In this document: positions 32,853 to 36,404 of the stretch, one piece after another | Position numbering within the stretch: position 1 is the first letter of the stretch | Layout of the letters: every line of letters starts with the position of its first letter | Source: Candidatus Omnitrophota bacterium | GTDB lineage: Bacteria > Eisenbacteria > RBG-16-71-46 > SZUA-252 | DNA: 36,404 nt | Reading direction: 5' to 3' | Assembly: GCA_035496795.1 (NCBI GenBank) | Contig: DATJEJ010000008.1 | Span: 1 to 36,404 of the forward strand | Translations under genes and position numbers: made by a program | Notes under the pieces: generated by a model | Database searches by the model: none | What the model saw: the letters and a program-made list of their open reading frames with translations, nothing else | What the model was told of the DNA's origin: nothing

Positions 32853-33941
32853 ATGGGGATCGTGGAGAAGCTGCGCGGCGAGCTGGTCGATATCATCGAG
32901 TGGGTCGACGACTCGCGGAACACGCTGGTCTGGAGATTTCCGCGGTACCACAACCAGATCAAGAACGGCGCCCGCCTGGTCGTGCGGCCCGGCCAGTCGG
33001 CCGTCGTCGTCGAGCAGGGGCGCGTCGCCGACGCGTTCGGCCCCGGCACCTACGAGCTCACGACGAAGAACCTGCCGCTCCTGAGCACGCTGCGCGGCTG
33101 GAAGTATGGGTTCGACAGCCCCTTCAAGGCGGAGGTCTACTTCGTCGCCACGCGCCAGATCACGGAGCTCAAGTGGGGGACGCCGAACCCGGTGATCCTG
33201 CGCGATCCCTCGCTCGGGCCCCTTCGCGTCCGGGCCTTCGGCACCTACACGCTGCGCGCGGCCAAGCCCGAGGCGCTGCTCGCGGAGCTGGTCGGCACGG
33301 ACGGGTCGTTCCAGGCCGACGAGATCGACGTGCTCCTCCGCTCCCTCATCGCGACCGCCTTCGCCGATCTGATCGCGACCACCCAGATCGCGATCGCGGA
33401 TCTGTCGGCCAGCTATCTGCGCCTCTCCGAGGAGCTCAGGAAGCGCGTACTCGCGAAGATCGATCAGGAATACGGCCTGGATATTCCGCAGCTCTACATC
33501 GTGAACGTTTCCGTTCCCGACTCGGTGGAGCAGGCGATGGACGCGCGGTCGGGCATGGAGGTGATCGGCGACGTGGAGCGGTATCAGCGCTACCAGGTCG
33601 GCGCGGCCACGCCGCTCGCGGCGGCGAATCCGTCGGGCGGGTTGGCCGGAGCGGGGGTGGGTCTGGGCATGGGCCTCTCCTACGCAAGCGCCGCGGTTCC
33701 GCGGGGCGCGAACGCCCCGGTCATTCCCCCCGTGCCCCTGGCCGACGCCGTGTGGCATGTCGCGACCGCCGGCCACGCCGCCGGCCCGTTCACGCTCGAG
33801 CAGATCCGCCAAGCGATGACCGCGGGGCAAGTGACGCCGCAAAGCCACGTCTGGACGGCGGGGATGAGCGCATGGGCGCCGATCATGTCGGTGCCGGCAT
33901 TTTCCTCGCTCTTCGGACCGCCGCCGCCCCCGCAGGGCTGA
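32853..33941 (+). CDS. SPFH/Band-7 family protein (Band_7_1, YdjI-like) with C-terminal GYF_2 (DUF4339) domain
   Basis: GAGGAGG RBS. MGIVEKLRGELVDIIEWVDDSRNTLVWRFPRYHNQIKNGARLVVRPGQSAVVVEQG...FKAEVYFV is typical of this family. A Gly-rich linker follows, then WHVATAGHAAGPFTLEQIRQAMTAGQVTPQSHVWTAGMSAWAPI (GYF_2). Confidence 0.88.
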   Translation: MGIVEKLRGELVDIIEWVDDSRNTLVWRFPRYHNQIKNGARLVVRPGQSAVVVEQGRVADAFGPGTYELTTKNLPLLSTLRGWKYGFDSPFKAEVYFVATRQITELKWGTPNPVILRDPSLGPLRVRAFGTYTLRAAKPEALLAELVGTDGSFQADEIDVLLRSLIATAFADLIATTQIAIADLSASYLRLSEELRKRVLAKIDQEYGLDIPQLYIVNVSVPDSVEQAMDARSGMEVIGDVERYQRYQVGAATPLAAANPSGGLAGAGVGLGMGLSYASAAVPRGANAPVIPPVPLADAVWHVATAGHAAGPFTLEQIRQAMTAGQVTPQSHVWTAGMSAWAPIMSVPAFSSLFGPPPPPQG

Positions 33942-34026
33942 GTTCCGAAGCAAGCATCGGATAGCGGCGTCGGTCGCCGGACCTCACGATCAGGGGAGAC
34001 GTTCACCCCGTTCGACGGAGGATCCG

Positions 34027-34506
34027 ATGACCGACCCGTTGCGTTTCCGCATCACAGCGCTCCCCGCCGAGGAGTTCGCGCCCCTCTTCCGCTTGAGCGA
34101 TACCGAGCTTCGATCCCGCGGAATGCTCCGGATGGTCGCCGACGCGAAGCCGGGCTTTCCCTGCCGCGTCAGCCTGGAGGACGCCGAGGTGGGGGAGACG
34201 GTGATCCTGCTTCCCTTTGTGCATCATCGGACCGAAAGCCCGTATCGGGCCTCGGGCCCGATCTTCGTGCGAGAGTGTGCGGCAACGGCGGCGCCGGACG
34301 TGGATGAAGTCCCGGACGCGGTGCGAACCCGGCTCCTCTCGGTTCGGGCCTACGATGCGGAGGGGATGATGGTGAGGTCGGAGGTGGTGGAGGGGAACGA
34401 GCTGGCCGACTGTGCGCGACGGCACTTCGCCGACCCATCGGTGGCGGCCCTTCACGTCCACAACGCGAGAGCGGGCTGCTACAGCTGTCGGATCGAGCGG
34501 GCCTGA
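34027..34506 (+). CDS. DUF1203 family protein
   Basis: GGAGGA RBS. GFPCRVSLEDAEVGETVILLPFVHH...SPYRASGPIFVRE matches my recollection of the DUF1203 core. Confidence 0.75.
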   Translation: MTDPLRFRITALPAEEFAPLFRLSDTELRSRGMLRMVADAKPGFPCRVSLEDAEVGETVILLPFVHHRTESPYRASGPIFVRECAATAAPDVDEVPDAVRTRLLSVRAYDAEGMMVRSEVVEGNELADCARRHFADPSVAALHVHNARAGCYSCRIERA

Positions 34507-34522
34507 TCCGCCCCCCCGACGC

Positions 34523-36404
34523 TCATCCGTCCAGGCCGAGCTTCTTCATCAGCGCCGCCCAACGAGGATCGCCGTGGAAGCGACGGAAGACCGGCTCGCT
34601 TCCGGCCTGGGCCATGCCGGAATCCCGTTCCTGATACGCCCGCTCCAACCAGGCGATCACGCCGTCGGCGTCGTTCTGGGCCGCGTGGATCGCGGCGATC
34701 TGGTAGGGCGAGTCCACCGCATGCCGTTCCTCGAGCTGCCGGAGCGCCTCGTCCGACTCCGCCTTCCGGCCGGCCAGCTGATGCACGTAGGCGAGTCCCG
34801 TGAGCCGCGCCCACTCCGCGGTCTCTCGCTGGGCCGCCGCCAGTGCCTCCTCGTACCGGCCCATCTCGGCCAGGACGATTCCCAGGACGTGATGGCCCCC
34901 GATGCGATTCGGGGAGAGCTCCAGCGCCTTGCGCAGGTAGCGCTCGGCGTCCGCCAGGCGGCCCGCGCTGCGATAGAGGAGCGCCAGGGAGCTGTACGAG
35001 GCGGCGCTCAGCGGGTCCTGCTGGAGCGCCCGGAGATGCATCGCCTCCGCCTCCTCGAACCGTCCGAGAATCCAGGCCAGGGCACCGGCCGCGCCGAGCG
35101 CGGCGGGACTGCCGGGAGCGAGCCGCAGCGCGCTCCGAGACGATTCCTCCGCCGCCCGGAAATCCCAGTCGTACATCCGCTGGATGGCACTGAGCCGCAC
35201 GTAGGCCTCGGGCAGGTCGGGAGCCAGCTCCAGGGCATTGTTCGCCGACTCCCGGGCCATGCGGTAGGCTTCGTTGACCGGGATCCATCCATACCCGCCG
35301 CTCATCGACTGCGCTCGCGAGAGCTCCGTCCACGCGAGCGCGTGCTTGGGATCCATCGCCAGCGCTTCCTTCAGATAGTCGATCGCCTTGGCAACGTCCT
35401 CCTGGCTCATCCGATCGATCAGGTACTTCCCCTGGAGATACAGCCGATGAGCCTCGGGATTGTCCCCATGCCCCTTGGCCGCGGCCGCCACGTCGGCCTG
35501 CGCCAGGCCGCTCGCCTTCGAATCGGGCTCCTCGCCGAGCAGCGTCGTGCGCAGCTCCTTCACCACCGATTGCGCGATGTCGTCCTGCACCGCGAAGATG
35601 TCGTCGAGCGAGCGGTCGTAGGTCTCCGACCAGAGCTGCACGCGGTCCGAGGCGTGGATCAGCTGCACCGAGATCCGGACCCGGTTTCCCGCCTTGCGCA
35701 CGCTGCCGTCGAGCAGCGTCGCCACGTTCAGCTTCTGGCCGATCACGGCGAGGTCCTCGTTCTTCCCCTTGAACTGGAAGGACGAGGCGCGCGCGGCCAC
35801 GCGCAGGCCGCGCACCTTGGTCAGCACGTTGAGCAGCTCATCGGCGAGACCGTCCGAGAAGTACTCGTCCTCCTCGCCGCGGCTCCGGTTCACGAAAGGG
35901 AGCACGGCGATCGAGGGGGCATCGCGGGGCGGCGTCGACACCGAGGAGGACGGGGTCGCGAAGGATCGTGAGGAGGGCGGCGCCGGCGCGGGCGAGGGAA
36001 GCGGCGGCGGGGTCGCGGGTGCCGCCGGCATCCCTCCCGTCGCGCGCTCGGCCTCGCGCTGGACGTAGCGAAGCTCGTTGTACACGTCGCGCGCGGTCTG
36101 GATGCGGTCCCGCGCGTTCTTTTCCAGGCACCTCGTGATGATCCGGTCCAGATCCCGGGGAACGTCGCCCCGCAACGAGAGCACCGGGACCGGCACGTCG
36201 CGGAGGATCGCCGAGCTCACGTCCGCCGGCGTCGGTCCGGTGAAGGGCCTCCGTCCCGTGGCGAGCTCGTAGAGAATGATGCCGAGGGAGAAGAGATCCG
36301 ATCGGGCATCCACCGCCTCGCCGCGGACCTGTTCCGGCGCCAAGTAGGGAATGGTTCCGAGGACCTGACCCTGCCCCGAGATCGGCGACTCGGCGGTCGC
36401 CCCG
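34523..36404 (-). CDS. Ser/Thr protein kinase with TolB-N/FlgO-like module and TPR repeats (paralog 3; 5' end outside window)
   Basis: The frame stays open from 36343 to the window edge (...ATAESPISGQGQVLGTIPYLAPEQVRG is the activation loop/P+1). A Pro-rich linker follows, then IAVLPFVNRSRGEEDEYFSDGLADELL...LDGSVRKAGNRVRISVQLI...LWSETYDR, then TPRs. Confidence 0.92.
   Translation of the reverse strand, partial: GATAESPISGQGQVLGTIPYLAPEQVRGEAVDARSDLFSLGIILYELATGRRPFTGPTPADVSSAILRDVPVPVLSLRGDVPRDLDRIITRCLEKNARDRIQTARDVYNELRYVQREAERATGGMPAAPATPPPLPSPAPAPPSSRSFATPSSSVSTPPRDAPSIAVLPFVNRSRGEEDEYFSDGLADELLNVLTKVRGLRVAARASSFQFKGKNEDLAVIGQKLNVATLLDGSVRKAGNRVRISVQLIHASDRVQLWSETYDRSLDDIFAVQDDIAQSVVKELRTTLLGEEPDSKASGLAQADVAAAAKGHGDNPEAHRLYLQGKYLIDRMSQEDVAKAIDYLKEALAMDPKHALAWTELSRAQSMSGGYGWIPVNEAYRMARESANNALELAPDLPEAYVRLSAIQRMYDWDFRAAEESSRSALRLAPGSPAALGAAGALAWILGRFEEAEAMHLRALQQDPLSAASYSSLALLYRSAGRLADAERYLRKALELSPNRIGGHHVLGIVLAEMGRYEEALAAAQRETAEWARLTGLAYVHQLAGRKAESDEALRQLEERHAVDSPYQIAAIHAAQNDADGVIAWLERAYQERDSGMAQAGSEPVFRRFHGDPRWAALMKKLGLDG

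Noticed and set aside
29725-33953. Very long ORFs 29725-31941 (+), 29867-32068 (-) and 31398-33953 (-)
   Set aside because: They are alternative-frame or antisense to the TMTC-like, zinc-ribbon and SPFH genes, whose products show strong family signatures. These ORFs encode R/P/G-rich low-complexity sequence.
1-36404. Search for CRISPR arrays, IS elements, integrases, toxin-antitoxin pairs and phage-defence genes
   Set aside because: I found no direct-repeat/spacer arrays, no transposase or recombinase motifs, no terminal inverted repeats flanking a gene block, and no nuclease/ATPase/NTPase defence-type genes. The only tandem repeat is the coding 3 x 54 bp repeat in rho.

Overview
High-GC bacterial chromosomal segment (by eye well above 60% G+C; not computed), densely packed. 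I call 28 protein-coding genes; the first and last are cut by the window edges. I found no rRNA, tRNA, CRISPR array, transposase, integrase, prophage or recognisable defence genes. Most long ORFs in the six-frame track are shadow or alternative-frame ORFs typical of GC-rich DNA. Gene order: secreted-protein C-terminal fragment (T9SS/FlgD-type CTD) with a strong terminator | small OM beta-barrel | Ser/Thr kinase 1 (-) | tetR, PhnB-like and double-VOC operon (-), driven by a near-consensus promoter containing a perfect palindrome | divergent [2Fe-2S] ferredoxin / O-methyltransferase fusion interrupted by an in-frame TAG | S41 peptidase | TolC-like OMP, MFP, RND and ICMT-like methyltransferase operon (-, overlapping start/stop codons) | Ser/Thr kinase 2 plus DUF4412-like protein | csp (-) and rho (+), divergent around a hairpin-rich control region | OPT transporter | DUF4332 | lipoprotein, MHS-type MFS, M23 peptidase and rhomboid-like protein (+) | six-haem c-type cytochrome with a T9SS/FlgD-type CTD (-) | TMTC-like GT-C/TPR protein | multi-zinc-ribbon protein, SPFH-GYF protein, DUF1203 | Ser/Thr kinase 3 (-, 5' end outside the window). 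I do not see a convincing, self-contained novel multi-gene system; the region looks like core chromosome. The observations most worth a second look are: (1) the amber codon splitting the ferredoxin domain of the Fd-OMT fusion; (2) a Rho factor whose N-terminal helix bundle appears replaced by three Arg/Pro/Gln-rich 18-aa repeats; (3) a canonical intrinsic terminator plus three more stem-loops upstream of csp; (4) the surface-targeted multihaem cytochrome; (5) the zinc-ribbon/SPFH pair, which resembles the B. subtilis ydjG/ydjI module without pspA; (6) the M23 peptidase translationally coupled to a rhomboid-like protein; (7) three paralogous soluble kinase/sensor-like/TPR proteins. All domain calls come from motif recognition by eye. 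No database search was run.
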